Origin: an uncultured Verrucomicrobiae bacterium
Lineage (GTDB): Bacteria > Verrucomicrobiota > Verrucomicrobiia > Chthoniobacterales > UBA10450
Length of the DNA: 64,000 nt
Reading direction: 5' to 3'
Assembly: GCA_963815455.1 (NCBI GenBank)
Contig: CAWFGO010000001.1
Location: 1,056,001-1,120,000, forward strand
In this document: positions 49,684 to 60,620 of the stretch, piece by piece
Layout: each line of letters opens with the position of its first letter
How positions within the stretch are numbered: the first letter of the stretch is position 1
Notes under the pieces: generated by a model
What the model saw: only the letters and a program-made list of their open reading frames with translations
What the model was told of the DNA's origin: nothing
Databases searched by the model: none
Translations under genes and position numbers: made by a program

Positions 49684-51174
49684 ATGTCTATCAAATCATC
49701 CCTGGCCCTTGTCCTGGCAATGTCGTTCTTGTCCGCGCCGCTCTTGAAGGCGCAGGACGCGGGTGCATTGCTCGATCTTCTCGTCAGAAAAAAAATCATT
49801 ACCGATCAGGAAGCGGAAGAAGTCCGCGCGGAGTTGACGCAGGAAGCTTCCGCTACTTCCGCCGGAAAATGGAAACTCTCGGCGCCGATCACGGAACTGG
49901 AACTCTACGGCGATGCCCGGGTCCGATACGAATACCGCGGCGGCACCAGACCCGGCAATGTCAGCCAGCCGCACGATGCCTATGAACGGCAACGCGAGCG
50001 TTATCGCCTCCGAATCGGTTTGCGCGGAACACTGGCCGACGATTGGTTCTTCGGCGTTCGATTGGAGACCAGCACCAATCCGCGCTCGACCAATGTGACT
50101 TTCGGCGATGACTCCGGTCCGTTCGGAAAGTCGAGCGATGGGATGAACGTTGGCCAGGCGTACCTCGGCTATAAGGGATTCAAGGATATCACCTTGATCG
50201 CCGGGAAAATGCCGCAGCCGCTCGTGACCACGCTCATGACCTGGGACGGCGATCTCAACCCGGAAGGAATGGCCGAGCAGTGGAAACATACGTTTAATCT
50301 CGAGTTCGGCGGGGGCGCTCCCGCCGAACCGATCCAGAGTTATACCAAGGAAGGCGACCGGATGGCGTCGGCGGCAGCGCCTTCGTCCGAGCCGACCAAG
50401 ATCAAGATCGACATCTTCGCCAACTTCGGCCAGTTCGTTTACGACGATTCGAATCCGGAGAACCCGCTCGGACCGCGCTCGACCACGACGGCAAACGGCG
50501 GACATCAGCTCATTCCAAACACGGATGCGTTCATGCTGGCCTGGCAGGTCGGGACACGTTTTACATTTCCCAACGGTCTCTACGCGCAGGTCGCGCCGAC
50601 CATCTACAACTACACCGGCAACGGCGACACGTTTAACGTTCATTTCCGGGGCGGCGATCCGGCGTTGAGCAACAGCTCTTCGATGAGCACGAATCAAACT
50701 GGGATCAACAGCCTGCTCGTGTTCAATCTGCCCTGGGAAATCGGCTGGAAACTGGGCGAGTTGCCCATGAAGTTGTTCGGCGATTTTGCCGTCAATCTCG
50801 AGGGCGACGATCGGGCCCGGGCTGCTGGCCACCCGGACAAGGGAGACCAGCGTTACGCCTATCAAGTCGGCATCGGGATCGGCCAGCTAAAGGCAAAGAA
50901 AAACTGGCAGATCAACATTTTCTGGCAGCACACCGAGCAATTTTCGCTCGATCCCAACCTGGTTGATTCCGACATTTTCGACAGCCGGGTCAACATGGAA
51001 GGGGTTGCCATCCAGGCCGGCTACATGTTGAGCGATGCCGTGAGCTTCAACCTCACTTACGGCTACGGCTGGCGCTCGGATAACTGGTTAGGCACAGGCG
51101 GCGCCGGCGATATCGCGATCAACCCTCTGGATGAATATCAAATTTTCCAGGCCGATCTGAACGTGAAGTTTTAG
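49684..51174 (+). CDS. Putative outer-membrane porin
   Basis: Signal peptide, GDARVRYE, RYRLRIG, WDGDLNPEG and terminal F; lies upstream of pstS. Confidence 0.8.
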   Translation: MSIKSSLALVLAMSFLSAPLLKAQDAGALLDLLVRKKIITDQEAEEVRAELTQEASATSAGKWKLSAPITELELYGDARVRYEYRGGTRPGNVSQPHDAYERQRERYRLRIGLRGTLADDWFFGVRLETSTNPRSTNVTFGDDSGPFGKSSDGMNVGQAYLGYKGFKDITLIAGKMPQPLVTTLMTWDGDLNPEGMAEQWKHTFNLEFGGGAPAEPIQSYTKEGDRMASAAAPSSEPTKIKIDIFANFGQFVYDDSNPENPLGPRSTTTANGGHQLIPNTDAFMLAWQVGTRFTFPNGLYAQVAPTIYNYTGNGDTFNVHFRGGDPALSNSSSMSTNQTGINSLLVFNLPWEIGWKLGELPMKLFGDFAVNLEGDDRARAAGHPDKGDQRYAYQVGIGIGQLKAKKNWQINIFWQHTEQFSLDPNLVDSDIFDSRVNMEGVAIQAGYMLSDAVSFNLTYGYGWRSDNWLGTGGAGDIAINPLDEYQIFQADLNVKF

Positions 51175-51218
51175 ACGGTCCCTCACCATTTCGAAATCAA
51201 TCTTACCAAACCCACACT

Positions 51219-52031
51219 ATGAAACTTAAATACATCGTCACAATTCTTGCGTTTGCCCTTGGTTTGACTGGAGCCAGGGCCGATCGCCTCGTCATCAAAG
51301 GATCCGACACGCTCGGGGCCAAGCTCGTGCCGCAACTGGCCGAGCAGTTCAAGGCACAACATCCCGGCACCACCTTCGACATCGCGGCCGAAGGCTCGAC
51401 CACCGGCATTGCCGCCATCATTGACGGCACCGCGGGGATCGGCATGTCCAGCCGACGGGCCAAATCCAGCGAAGTTGGAACGGCTGCGAGCAAGGGTAAA
51501 CATTTGAAACCAACCATCGTGGCCTACGACGGGATTGCGGTGATTGTGAACTCGGCCAACCCGATCAAGGGTCTGACCAAGAAACAGGTCGAGCAAATCT
51601 TCACCGGCGAAGTCACCGATTGGAGCGCCGTCGGCGGATCGGGCGGCAAAATCTCGGTCTATACACGAAATACTTCGTCGGGCACGTATTCCGACTTTAA
51701 AGAGCTGGCAATGAAGAAACGCGATTACGCCAGCGGCTCGCAGAAAATGGCCGGCAACGAACAGATCGCCTCTGAAGTCGGGAAAAATCCGAACGGCGTC
51801 GGCTACGTGGGGCTCGCTTACACGAAAGCTGGCGGAATCAAAGTGATGCCGATTGACGGTACCACGCCTTCGGTGCAATCGGTCCTGAACAAGTCGTATC
51901 CCTATGCCCGGCCGACGTTCTACTACACGAACGGAGAGCCGAGCGGACTGGCCAAGGATTTTCTCGATTTCACCATCGGCCCGGCCGGACAAAAGATTGT
52001 GTCCCGCGTCGGATTCGTTCCGATCAAGTGA
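51219..52031 (+). CDS. pstS: Phosphate ABC transporter substrate-binding protein
   Basis: KGSDT, GSTTG, MSSR, RNTSSGT and YPYARP motifs. Confidence 0.93.
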   Translation: MKLKYIVTILAFALGLTGARADRLVIKGSDTLGAKLVPQLAEQFKAQHPGTTFDIAAEGSTTGIAAIIDGTAGIGMSSRRAKSSEVGTAASKGKHLKPTIVAYDGIAVIVNSANPIKGLTKKQVEQIFTGEVTDWSAVGGSGGKISVYTRNTSSGTYSDFKELAMKKRDYASGSQKMAGNEQIASEVGKNPNGVGYVGLAYTKAGGIKVMPIDGTTPSVQSVLNKSYPYARPTFYYTNGEPSGLAKDFLDFTIGPAGQKIVSRVGFVPIK

Positions 52032-52050
52032 ACGGCTTGGCCTGAAGGCT

Positions 52051-52067
52051 CGCCACACAATTGTAAC
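52051..52067 (+). promoter_or_regulatory. Pho-box-like direct repeats
   Basis: CGCCAC at 52051 and TGTAAC at 52062. Confidence 0.5.
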
Positions 52068-52121
52068 AATAGTCCTTTTGCCGGAGTCGCGCCCAGCCGT
52101 TAGGTTTGCGCGCAACCGGGA

Positions 52122-53004
52122 ATGCAGTCACTAATCCTCCCCCCAGGGAACGAACAGACGATCCTCGGCGCGCCGGAGCAGCCTTTGTTCGGCGGCGACG
52201 AGCCGCCATCGATCTCGCCCAAAAAATATCGCACGGGCTGGATCTCCGATGCGCACCTGGGGACGCGCGGCGCGAATGCGGCGGCGTTGCTCGATTTTCT
52301 GCGAGAGCACGATTTCGAGACGCTCTACGTGGTGGGCGATTTGATCGATATCTGGTCGATGCGACGTAGCCGATACTGGCCGCAGGAGCACAACGATGTG
52401 ATCCAAAAGATTCTGCGCAAAGCGCGCAAGGGAACGCGCATCGTTTACATTCCTGGAAATCACGATGAGATGGTGACGGATTTTTGCGGAACCTACGGCA
52501 ACATCGCGATCCGCCGGAGCGCGATTCACGTCACCGAGACCGGGCAACGCATTCTCGTTATTCACGGTCACGAGCTCGATACGGTGGTCCAAAACGTGAA
52601 GTGGCTGGCCTTTCTCGGCGACGTTGGTTACCAGTTTCTGCTTTCGCTCAATCCGCTTATCAACTTCGTTACGACGCCGATTCGGGCTCGGTTACTGGTC
52701 GCTTAGCGCTTACGCGAAAAAACGGGTGAAAGACGCGGTCAGTTTCATCGGCAAGTTTGAAGCGGCGGTGGCCCATTACGCCGAGCTCAACCATGTCGAT
52801 GCTGTTCTCTGTGGACACATTCACAGCGTCGCCATTCGGGAAATCGGAAATACCCTCTATTATAATAGCGGTGACTGGGTCGAGAGCTGCACCGCGCTGG
52901 TGGAAGATGACGCCGGTTGCATCTCGATCGTCGATTACCTGCCCCGCGTCCATGCCGTCGCGCCGGCGGCGCGGGATCTGAACGCGGTCACGGCGTCAGC
53001 GTAG
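52122..53004 (+). CDS. LpxH-like metallophosphoesterase, +1 frameshift near 52670
   Basis: SDAHLG, GDLID, GNHD and HG in ORF 52122-52706; CGHIH and NSGDWVES in ORF 52624-53004. Confidence 0.85.
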
Positions 53005-53026
53005 ATCGGCATTGTCGATCTTACCC

Positions 53027-53062
53027 AAAAAGGAAGCGCCCCAGGCTTTGAACCTGGGGCGC
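53027..53062 (-). terminator. Intrinsic terminator-like hairpin
   Basis: GCGCCCCAGG/CCTGGGGCGC 10-bp stem followed by TTCCTTTTT on the minus strand, downstream of the phoX-like gene. Confidence 0.7.
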
Positions 53063-53118
53063 CCAGCTCGACGCTATACCTCGCGAGCTTTTGTTTGCCC
53101 TAACCCGGTCGGAATTGA

Positions 53119-54708
53119 TCAGTCGCGAGGCAAGATCTGGAAGAGGTTGTTTTCGCCATGCTGCTGAGTGAAAAAGAGCGTGGCCTTGTCTTTGTTCAGT
53201 TGTTTTGTGCCGAGCAGCCCGTTGATCGAAGGATCTCCGTCGGACATGTGCAGCCCCGTCGGCTCGTTATCTTCGTCGGTTACGATCGGGGCCATCCGAT
53301 CCTCACCCAGTGCGACCAATCGAGCCGCGATAGTTTTGCGCGGTTCGTCTTTTTTGAGAAAATAGGCCCAGATCGAATCGAGCTTGTTTAACTGATCGTG
53401 CAACGTGTCGCCGCGATCTTCCGCCAGCAACAGCGTGTCCTTCTTGTCCGAGAACGCCATGTTATCAAAGGCCGCATGATCGGCGTCGCCCAAAACAACG
53501 AGCGTAATGTTTCCGGCGGTGCGGGTTTGATCGAGATCGACTCGGAAAACTCCGCCCCAGGCGCCACGGGCAGCCAGCGCAGGCTGAATCCCGGCCCGAT
53601 TATCGGTGTCGCCGGTGATGCAAAAGAAGAAGGTTTGAAAATGGGAATCCGGTTGGAACTGCGCGTTCTCCGGTCGCTTGAACGGAGTGGCACCGGCAGC
53701 CTTGGCGGCAGCGTTGGCATCGAACGGGGCGTTGCCGTTTACTGCGGTATCGTGAATCGTGATCCAGGTGACGGGCCACGAGGCGCCGATCGTATGCAAC
53801 AGGAGTTGATTATTCGACAGCGTGTCGCCATTCGGATGGCCCGCATCGACCGGCACGAACACCACCGGACTGCCGTTGATCGAGACTTGAAGCGCTTGCA
53901 ACTTACCCTGCGACAGGTCGGCGGGATTCATCGGCACGAATCGATAGACGAATGAGTTCGGATTTCTTCCGAAATTTACAGTAGTGCCGCCAACGTCTTC
54001 AATGATGAGAATATTGCCCAAATCATCAGGATGAATTCCTTCGAAACCACCGCGGCCCATGCTGCCGTAAAGAGTGCGCAAACCTGCGCCTCCACCGCTC
54101 ACAGGATCGAAATCGGCGCCCATCTCGATGACGCCTCCGGTCGTGCCCGCTTCCTCGGCAAAGAGCAGCGTTTGACTAAACGGGTCCCAGGTTGAGCCGT
54201 CGATGCTGTTGAACCCGGTCAGGCCTCCGCCGTCGACCGGTGTCAGCAACGTGATGCGATGATCGGGATGCGCAACGTCGAGATTGATCCGTGTAATGTA
54301 GGCGCGGTTGCCACTGTTCTCGTGGCCCTGGAAAAGGAAGCGCCGGCCGTAATCATATCCGGGCGTCGGACCGCCGGGATTATGATCGAGAATCAGATAG
54401 GTGTTCTCGTCCGGTTCCGTGCGCGTGTTGCTCCCGTCGTTCAGATTGCCGAACTTCGTGATCACGCCGGAAGGATTTTCCAGCAGATCGAGGCCCTCGG
54501 CGACCAGACCGGGAGTGAACTCCGGCGACAGGACGTTGTCTGCGATTACCTGGGTACTGGCCGCGGGCACGCCGCTGACTTTCTTGTCGAATATCTTGGG
54601 ATCGTCGGCGAGGACGTTGTTGGCGAGGGCAACGACTGCCATGATTGCCAGCGCAAAGATGGGTCGCCGCGTGCTCGCCAGCGGTGAAGATTGAATCGTT
54701 TTATTCAT
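53119..54708 (-). CDS. PhoX-like (DUF839) alkaline phosphatase
   Basis: Signal peptide; AEE, MGRGGFEG, FKRPEN, FDN, EDR, NEPTG and QH motifs. Confidence 0.8.
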   Translation of the reverse strand: MNKTIQSSPLASTRRPIFALAIMAVVALANNVLADDPKIFDKKVSGVPAASTQVIADNVLSPEFTPGLVAEGLDLLENPSGVITKFGNLNDGSNTRTEPDENTYLILDHNPGGPTPGYDYGRRFLFQGHENSGNRAYITRINLDVAHPDHRITLLTPVDGGGLTGFNSIDGSTWDPFSQTLLFAEEAGTTGGVIEMGADFDPVSGGGAGLRTLYGSMGRGGFEGIHPDDLGNILIIEDVGGTTVNFGRNPNSFVYRFVPMNPADLSQGKLQALQVSINGSPVVFVPVDAGHPNGDTLSNNQLLLHTIGASWPVTWITIHDTAVNGNAPFDANAAAKAAGATPFKRPENAQFQPDSHFQTFFFCITGDTDNRAGIQPALAARGAWGGVFRVDLDQTRTAGNITLVVLGDADHAAFDNMAFSDKKDTLLLAEDRGDTLHDQLNKLDSIWAYFLKKDEPRKTIAARLVALGEDRMAPIVTDEDNEPTGLHMSDGDPSINGLLGTKQLNKDKATLFFTQQHGENNLFQILPRD

Positions 54709-54923
54709 TTATTGTGGATTTGGATTAATTGAATGAGTTGATGTGTTTTGTTAATGGCGGCATTTCGCCGCGCACATGACTGCTACACAACGTGTGTCAC
54801 GGACCGGTGGAGAATGGGTAAAGAATGAGTTACTTCGAGATGAAGAATAATCGCCGAGGGAAAAGTCGCCCTGACCGGCTCTATCGCGAGGGACAGTGCG
54901 GTACCTCGGACAGCGTCAGGAAA

Positions 54924-54962
54924 CGCTACGAACTTGTAACGCGGCTGTCACTGGCCCGTTAC
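54924..54962 (+). promoter_or_regulatory. Pho-box-like direct repeats
   Basis: CGCTAC, TGTAAC, TGTCAC and CGTTAC at 54924, 54935, 54946 and 54957. Confidence 0.65.
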
Positions 54963-55120
54963 CGCCGAATTTCGATTCCAGTGTCGTTCTGCCCAGTGTC
55001 GTCCGAAAACCTCCGACCAAGCGAAATTTTCACGACCAGCAATTGCCAAGTTGCCGTCTTCCCGAATTAACCTGTTTGTCGCCTGCGTTTTCTCACCTCC
55101 AGGGCGATGGAAGAACAGGC

Positions 55121-55798
55121 ATGAAGCGAATTCTGATTATCGATGACGAGTCTGACGTTGCTGATCTCCTCGCCATCAATCTCTACAAGCACGGACAATT
55201 CACCATTTCCACTGCGGTGGACGGAGCCGTCGGTCTCCGGAAGGCTCGCGAAGAGGCCCCGACCTTGATTGTTCTTGATTTGATGCTGCCGGGCATGTCT
55301 GGATTCGAGGTTTGCCGGTCTCTCAAAGAGGATTCGATCACCGAGGGAATACCGGTCATCGTTCTCACCGCGAGGGCCGAAGCAGTCGACCGGGTTCGCG
55401 GTCTCGAGCTGGGAGCGGACGACTACGTAACCAAGCCCTTTAGCCCGCGCGAGGTTGTCTTGCGAATAAATGCCCTCGCCCGTCACAATAGAAGCACCGG
55501 AGGAGAACAGGAATGGGCGGTTGGGAATATTTCAGTGAATCCCACCCGTCACGAGGTTTGTGTTGGCGGCAGCGCGGTGCGCCTCACGGCGATTGAATTC
55601 AAACTATTGAGCCACTTGATTCAAACACGCGGGCGCATTCAATCGCGCGATCACCTTCTCAATCAGGTTTGGGAGTATTCGGACTTGATGACAACGCGAA
55701 CGGTTGATGCGCATATGCTTCGGTTACGAAAGAAGCTGGGTGAAGCTCGCGACGTGATCGAGACCGTACGCAGCTACGGATACCGCTTTCGGGAATAA
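55121..55798 (+). CDS. OmpR/PhoB family response regulator
   Basis: ILIIDDE, LDLMLP, GADDYVTKPFS and RTVDAHMLRLRKKL motifs. Confidence 0.92.
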   Translation: MKRILIIDDESDVADLLAINLYKHGQFTISTAVDGAVGLRKAREEAPTLIVLDLMLPGMSGFEVCRSLKEDSITEGIPVIVLTARAEAVDRVRGLELGADDYVTKPFSPREVVLRINALARHNRSTGGEQEWAVGNISVNPTRHEVCVGGSAVRLTAIEFKLLSHLIQTRGRIQSRDHLLNQVWEYSDLMTTRTVDAHMLRLRKKLGEARDVIETVRSYGYRFRE

Positions 55799-55858
55799 TC
55801 TGACTTGCGCCCTGGCCTTCCTTGAGTGGCCGCGCGCCGCGTGGAAAAGCTACCAATT

Positions 55859-55886
55859 TGTAACCCGGCTGTCACCCAACCGTCAC
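55859..55886 (+). promoter_or_regulatory. Pho-box-like direct repeats
   Basis: TGTAAC, TGTCAC and CGTCAC at 55859, 55870 and 55881. Confidence 0.7.
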
Positions 55887-55907
55887 GGCCGATTTCGATT
55901 CACGGAT

Positions 55908-57230
55908 ATGCAAAACTCCCTGTTCATTCGATCGCTCTGGGCCGTTGCCTGTCTGTTCGTTATCAATCTTGCAAGCGACGCGCGCGGGCAGGGTAATTCC
56001 CTTCCATCGCCCGAAACCGCCGGATTCGAGCATGTCGTGGTGGTAATGATGGAGAACAGATCGTTTGATCATTTCTTCGGCTGGCTGCCCGGCGCAAACG
56101 GACAACAAGCGGGTTTGAATTACCTAGACAGCCAGGGTAACTCGCATCCGACCCATTCACTGCCGCCGGATTATCAAGGGTGCGGCTTTCTTGATCCCGG
56201 CCATTCCTATTCGGACGGCCGGGTCCAATTTCACAGTGGCGCCTGCGACGGGTTTCTGCTGGACGGGTCGAACGCGATAACGGGAAATCCGAACCAGGCG
56301 AACGACATCTTCGCGATCGGATACTATGGCCAGAACGATCTCGCCTTTCTGGGAGCCGCCGGTCCGGCCTTCACTGTCTGCGACAATTATTTTTGCGGCA
56401 TCATGGCCGAGACCTACCCAAACCGCTTTTACATGCATGCAGCCCAAACCGATCGTCTCGAGAATAACTATGACATCTCGACGTTGCCGACGATCTGGAG
56501 CAGGCTCGAAGAAAAAGGGTTCAGCGGCCGATATTACTTCAGCGATCTGCCGTTTCTCGGCTTGTGGGCGACGCGTTACGTCAACATTTCCAAACCGTTT
56601 CCGCAATTTCTGGCTGATGCGGCAAATGGGACGCTACCCAACGTCGCTTTTATCGATCCGCGCTTTGAAGACGAGAGCAGCGGAACTTCAAACGACGATC
56701 ACCCGCACGCTGACATCCGGAACGGCGAAGTATTTCTAAATCAAATTTACGACGCGTTACGCAATAGTCCGAACTGGTCCAAAACAATTCTAATCATCAC
56801 CTACGATGAGTGGGGCGGATTTTTCGATCACGTGCCGCCACCGATTGCACCGATTCCGCCTGCTTCAGCGGCGGCTGGCGACGTGGATGGTCGTCTCGGG
56901 TTCCGTGTTCCATGCGTGGTGATCTCACCGTACGCGCGGCGAAATTTTATTGCCCACGGCCAGTATGATCACACATCGATTTTAAAGATGATCGAATGGC
57001 GATTCGGTCTGCCGTCGTTGACCGTGCGCGATGAGATCGCAAATAATTTGGCAGACGTGCTCGACTTCTCGACGGCGAACTTGAGCGCACCGGCATTCAG
57101 TGTTCCAACTGGGCCATTCGGCGCGCCTTGCCTGCCGGCGGGAAATAATTCCAAGGCAACTCGGCGGTCGCGCGATCTTCAACAGTTACGCGCCCTCGCG
57201 ATTCAATCCGGATTTCGAGGAGTTAAATAA
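55908..57230 (+). CDS. Phosphoesterase (phospholipase C/acid phosphatase family)
   Basis: MENRSFDH, TYPNR, DDHP, YDEWGGFFDHV and GFRVP motifs. Confidence 0.92.
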   Translation: MQNSLFIRSLWAVACLFVINLASDARGQGNSLPSPETAGFEHVVVVMMENRSFDHFFGWLPGANGQQAGLNYLDSQGNSHPTHSLPPDYQGCGFLDPGHSYSDGRVQFHSGACDGFLLDGSNAITGNPNQANDIFAIGYYGQNDLAFLGAAGPAFTVCDNYFCGIMAETYPNRFYMHAAQTDRLENNYDISTLPTIWSRLEEKGFSGRYYFSDLPFLGLWATRYVNISKPFPQFLADAANGTLPNVAFIDPRFEDESSGTSNDDHPHADIRNGEVFLNQIYDALRNSPNWSKTILIITYDEWGGFFDHVPPPIAPIPPASAAAGDVDGRLGFRVPCVVISPYARRNFIAHGQYDHTSILKMIEWRFGLPSLTVRDEIANNLADVLDFSTANLSAPAFSVPTGPFGAPCLPAGNNSKATRRSRDLQQLRALAIQSGFRGVK

Positions 57231-57231
57231 T

Positions 57232-59514
57232 ATGAAGCGTTATCTCATCGCATTTTCGATCTTCGCGGTATTGCTCGCAGCAGTTCATGCCGCCAAAAAC
57301 AAACCGCAGTTAATCAACACTTTCGCATCCGGACGTTGGTGGGGCGAGACTCCGTCGAGCCAGGCTTCACCGCAACAAATTGCCACCGCCCCTGTTCGGC
57401 CGGATCACATCGTCATCGTGATCATGGAAAACCATTCGTTTGGCCAGATCATTGGTTCGCCGGAAGCACCGCATATCAATGCTCTCGCTGCGGAAGGCGC
57501 AAGTATCGTCAATGGCCCAATGGACCCGGCCGGACTCCATAGCGGTTCGCACGCCGTTCGCCATCCGAGCCAGCCGAATTATCTCGAGCTGTTTTCCGGG
57601 AACAATCAAGGCACGATCCAGGATGGACATCCCGGCACGAGCAGCGAACCGTTTACTTCGCCGCCGCCGTTTGCGACACCAAATCTGGGAGCGGCCTTGC
57701 GACACGCCGGCTACACCTTCGCCACCTATTCGGAAGATCTGCCTTCGGTTGGATCCGATGACGACGGCGGCGGCGGCTCGTCCGGCTATCAACGAAAACA
57801 TAATCCGGCGGTGAACTGGCAGAGTGCCGACGCCGGCCCGGCTAACAATCATCTCCCGCCCGAGCTGAATCAGCCGTTCTTTCCGTTGCCCGGCCAACCG
57901 GCTACCGGTTTCCCAACGGATTTTAATCAGCTTCCAACGGTCGCAATCGTGGTGCCGAATCAGCAGCACGACATGCACGACGGCACGATTGCGGAAGGCG
58001 ACATCTGGATAAAACAGAACATCATCGACACCTATTATCGTTGGGCCAAAACGCACAACAGCCTGCTTATCGTTACTTTCGATGAAGACGGCGATGACAC
58101 GGCGTCGAACCAGATCACGACCATCTTCGCCGGCCCGATGATTCAACCGGGTAATTACACCGAGACCGACCTCAACATTGGTAATCCCTATGTTGGAGCG
58201 CCCGGCGATCCCGGCATTCAAACACCCACGGGCACAGCCATGAATCACTGGAACGTGCTTTCGACCATTCTCGATCTTTACGGGCTGGCTCATATTGACC
58301 GCTCGATCAATCGCCCCGCGCTCACTGATATTTTTCTGTCGCCCTTGATCGTTAGGCCACTGGTCGTGCCCAACGCGCTCACGGGAAGACAGGGCGATCT
58401 CGGAAACCTTTTCCCTCTCTTCTCCTCCCAGCCGATTCGTTACCAGCAGGTTTATCGCAGCTTGGAATTTTCGCGTTTTGCCGCCGGCGGGGAAATGATC
58501 ACCAGCATCGCTTTCCGCGCGCACTTGCCCGGCCTGCCTTTCACCGGCACGATCCCGCAACTACAAGTTAATCTTTCCACCACAAACCGATCTCCGGACA
58601 ATCTGAACACAACCTTTGCAGCGAACGTCGGAGCGGATGACGCGCAGGTTTTTTCCGGTCCCTTGAGCATCGTTGTCACCGATAGTGGTCCGCAGGATGG
58701 CCCAACGAACTTCGATGTGGTGATCAACTTCAGCACACCGTTCCATTACGATCCGAGCCAGGGAAATCTGCTAGTGGACATTCGGAATCTTCAAGGCGGA
58801 ACCCAGACGCCACCGCTCGATCAACAACTTGATGCCACCAGTACAACGGGCGATGCCGTTTCTCGCGTATTCAATTACGGCGATGCCAATGCAACTTCGG
58901 CGGGCCAGACCGGAGGCGTTGATGAACTCGACACGATAGGATTGGTCGCGCAGTTCGGCACGAACACCAGTCCGGGAGTCACCCCGGTCCATGTGATCAC
59001 CGTAGTTTCGAGGAAAATGCATGGCGGTGCTGGAACGTTCGATGTCGATCTTCCCATGTCGGGCCAGCCGGGAATCGAGTGCCGATCCGGCGGCGCGAAT
59101 GGCGAGCACACCATCGTCTTCACATTTGGTGATACCCTCACTCAAGTGGACGGCGCGACCGTTACTAGTGGCACGGGCAGTGTGAACAACAGCATGATCG
59201 ACAGCGCCGACTCCCATCGCTACATCGTCCATCTCACCGGCGTTGCGAACACGCAGACGATCACAGTTACCCTGACCAACGTGACCGACTCGGCCGGAGA
59301 CAGCAGTAGCGGCGTCTCAGCATCCATGAGCGTTCTGGCCGGCGATAGCACGGCCAACGGTTCGGTAAATTCCGGCGACATCGCCCAGATCAAGTCGGAG
59401 TCAGGACAGGCCGTCACGGCGACCAATTTCCGCGAAGACTTGAATGCCGACGGGGCGATCGACAGCAGCGATATCGCATTTGCCAAGTCGAAATCCGGCG
59501 CTGGATTGCCCTGA
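57232..59514 (+). CDS. Secreted acid-phosphatase-like phosphoesterase with a beta-rich domain and dockerin-like tail
   Basis: MENHS, HPSQPNY, RKHNP, DMHDG and TFDE motifs; C-terminal GDSTANGSVNSGD...DLNADGAIDSSD. Confidence 0.85.
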   Translation: MKRYLIAFSIFAVLLAAVHAAKNKPQLINTFASGRWWGETPSSQASPQQIATAPVRPDHIVIVIMENHSFGQIIGSPEAPHINALAAEGASIVNGPMDPAGLHSGSHAVRHPSQPNYLELFSGNNQGTIQDGHPGTSSEPFTSPPPFATPNLGAALRHAGYTFATYSEDLPSVGSDDDGGGGSSGYQRKHNPAVNWQSADAGPANNHLPPELNQPFFPLPGQPATGFPTDFNQLPTVAIVVPNQQHDMHDGTIAEGDIWIKQNIIDTYYRWAKTHNSLLIVTFDEDGDDTASNQITTIFAGPMIQPGNYTETDLNIGNPYVGAPGDPGIQTPTGTAMNHWNVLSTILDLYGLAHIDRSINRPALTDIFLSPLIVRPLVVPNALTGRQGDLGNLFPLFSSQPIRYQQVYRSLEFSRFAAGGEMITSIAFRAHLPGLPFTGTIPQLQVNLSTTNRSPDNLNTTFAANVGADDAQVFSGPLSIVVTDSGPQDGPTNFDVVINFSTPFHYDPSQGNLLVDIRNLQGGTQTPPLDQQLDATSTTGDAVSRVFNYGDANATSAGQTGGVDELDTIGLVAQFGTNTSPGVTPVHVITVVSRKMHGGAGTFDVDLPMSGQPGIECRSGGANGEHTIVFTFGDTLTQVDGATVTSGTGSVNNSMIDSADSHRYIVHLTGVANTQTITVTLTNVTDSAGDSSSGVSASMSVLAGDSTANGSVNSGDIAQIKSESGQAVTATNFREDLNADGAIDSSDIAFAKSKSGAGLP

Positions 59515-59577
59515 ACGACAATGATCGGTTCGCTCTTCGTGAGGGCGAAAGATCAGGCGCGGTTTCGGTGGAAATCG

Positions 59578-59616
59578 TGTCACACAATTGTCACACAACG
59601 CGCGCCGAATTGTTAC
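59578..59616 (+). promoter_or_regulatory. Pho-box-like direct repeats
   Basis: TGTCACACAAT-TGTCACACAAC at 59578 and 59589, plus TGTTAC at 59611. Confidence 0.7.
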
Positions 59617-59746
59617 CCTTCACTTCTCGACTAAAACGCGCGCGACGTTCTAGCGTTGAGTCAATCTGAAAGCGCGTTCCCGGAAGTCCCGCGGCCGCTT
59701 CGGTGGAACCCCAAAACGAACCCAAAAACAGCGAACCATCTATCTT

Positions 59747-60571
59747 ATGAGACTAAAAAAACTCGCAGCACTCACCGCTCTGGCACTCGCGGCCACGGCG
59801 CTCATCGCACCCTCGGCCAAAGCGCAGGTAGTTTACAATAACGCGAACGGCGATTTCCTACTCGGTTTCCGCAAGGAAGGAAACACCAATAGCGTCCTGG
59901 TAGACATCGGACCGATTCTCGATTTTAACGTCGGCCAGGTTTTCCAGCTCGGTAATTTGGGCACGGTGTTGTCCTCGACATTCGGCGCCGGCTGGAACAC
60001 CGATCCCACGGTCTGGTGGAGTCTCGCGGCAACCACTCGGCCCGGGGATCCAACCAGAACGAACTATGTCACATCCCCCACTGGTGTTCCTTGGAACCGG
60101 CTCACCAGCACGACCGCGCTCATTTTGCAAAACAAGATCATTGCCATGGGCAACCAGTATAACGCTTTCGTCGGCCAGCAAACAATGGGCAATCCCGCCG
60201 TGGTGGAAGCGCAAGCCAGCGCGCCGGACGGATACCGGGAATATCACCCGGGTGGCACGAACGACGCGGGACACGCTCAAGGCGACATCAGCTTCGGTTT
60301 CTTTAATCCAACCACCGAAACCAATTTTGGCGCAGGGGGCTCTGTAACCCACAGCCCACAGCAGATCGATTCGTTCACCCTATCTCTTGTCCAACTCGTT
60401 CCCGGTTCCGGCCCGGGAAGCATTCTGGGCACGTTTACGCTGAGCCCCGATGGCAGCAGCCTGGGATATCTGCCGATTCCTGAGCCGTCCACTTATGCGC
60501 TGTTGGCCTTCACCCTAACCGGTCTCGCAGTTTTCCGCCGCCGGTTCTTCAGGAAAAAAATTCAATCCTAA
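59747..60571 (+). CDS. PEP-CTERM sorting domain protein
   Basis: Signal peptide; IPEPSTYALL, TM segment and RRR tail. Confidence 0.92.
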   Translation: MRLKKLAALTALALAATALIAPSAKAQVVYNNANGDFLLGFRKEGNTNSVLVDIGPILDFNVGQVFQLGNLGTVLSSTFGAGWNTDPTVWWSLAATTRPGDPTRTNYVTSPTGVPWNRLTSTTALILQNKIIAMGNQYNAFVGQQTMGNPAVVEAQASAPDGYREYHPGGTNDAGHAQGDISFGFFNPTTETNFGAGGSVTHSPQQIDSFTLSLVQLVPGSGPGSILGTFTLSPDGSSLGYLPIPEPSTYALLAFTLTGLAVFRRRFFRKKIQS

Positions 60572-60620
60572 GCATCAACCCACAACAACTACTCAGAAGA
60601 ACATCAAATCCCATACTTGT

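Noticed and set aside
49696..50865. Long antisense and alternate-frame ORFs (also 2477-3244, 3836-4942, 57367-58560)
   Set aside because: They shadow well-supported genes in GC-rich DNA and have no recognisable motifs.
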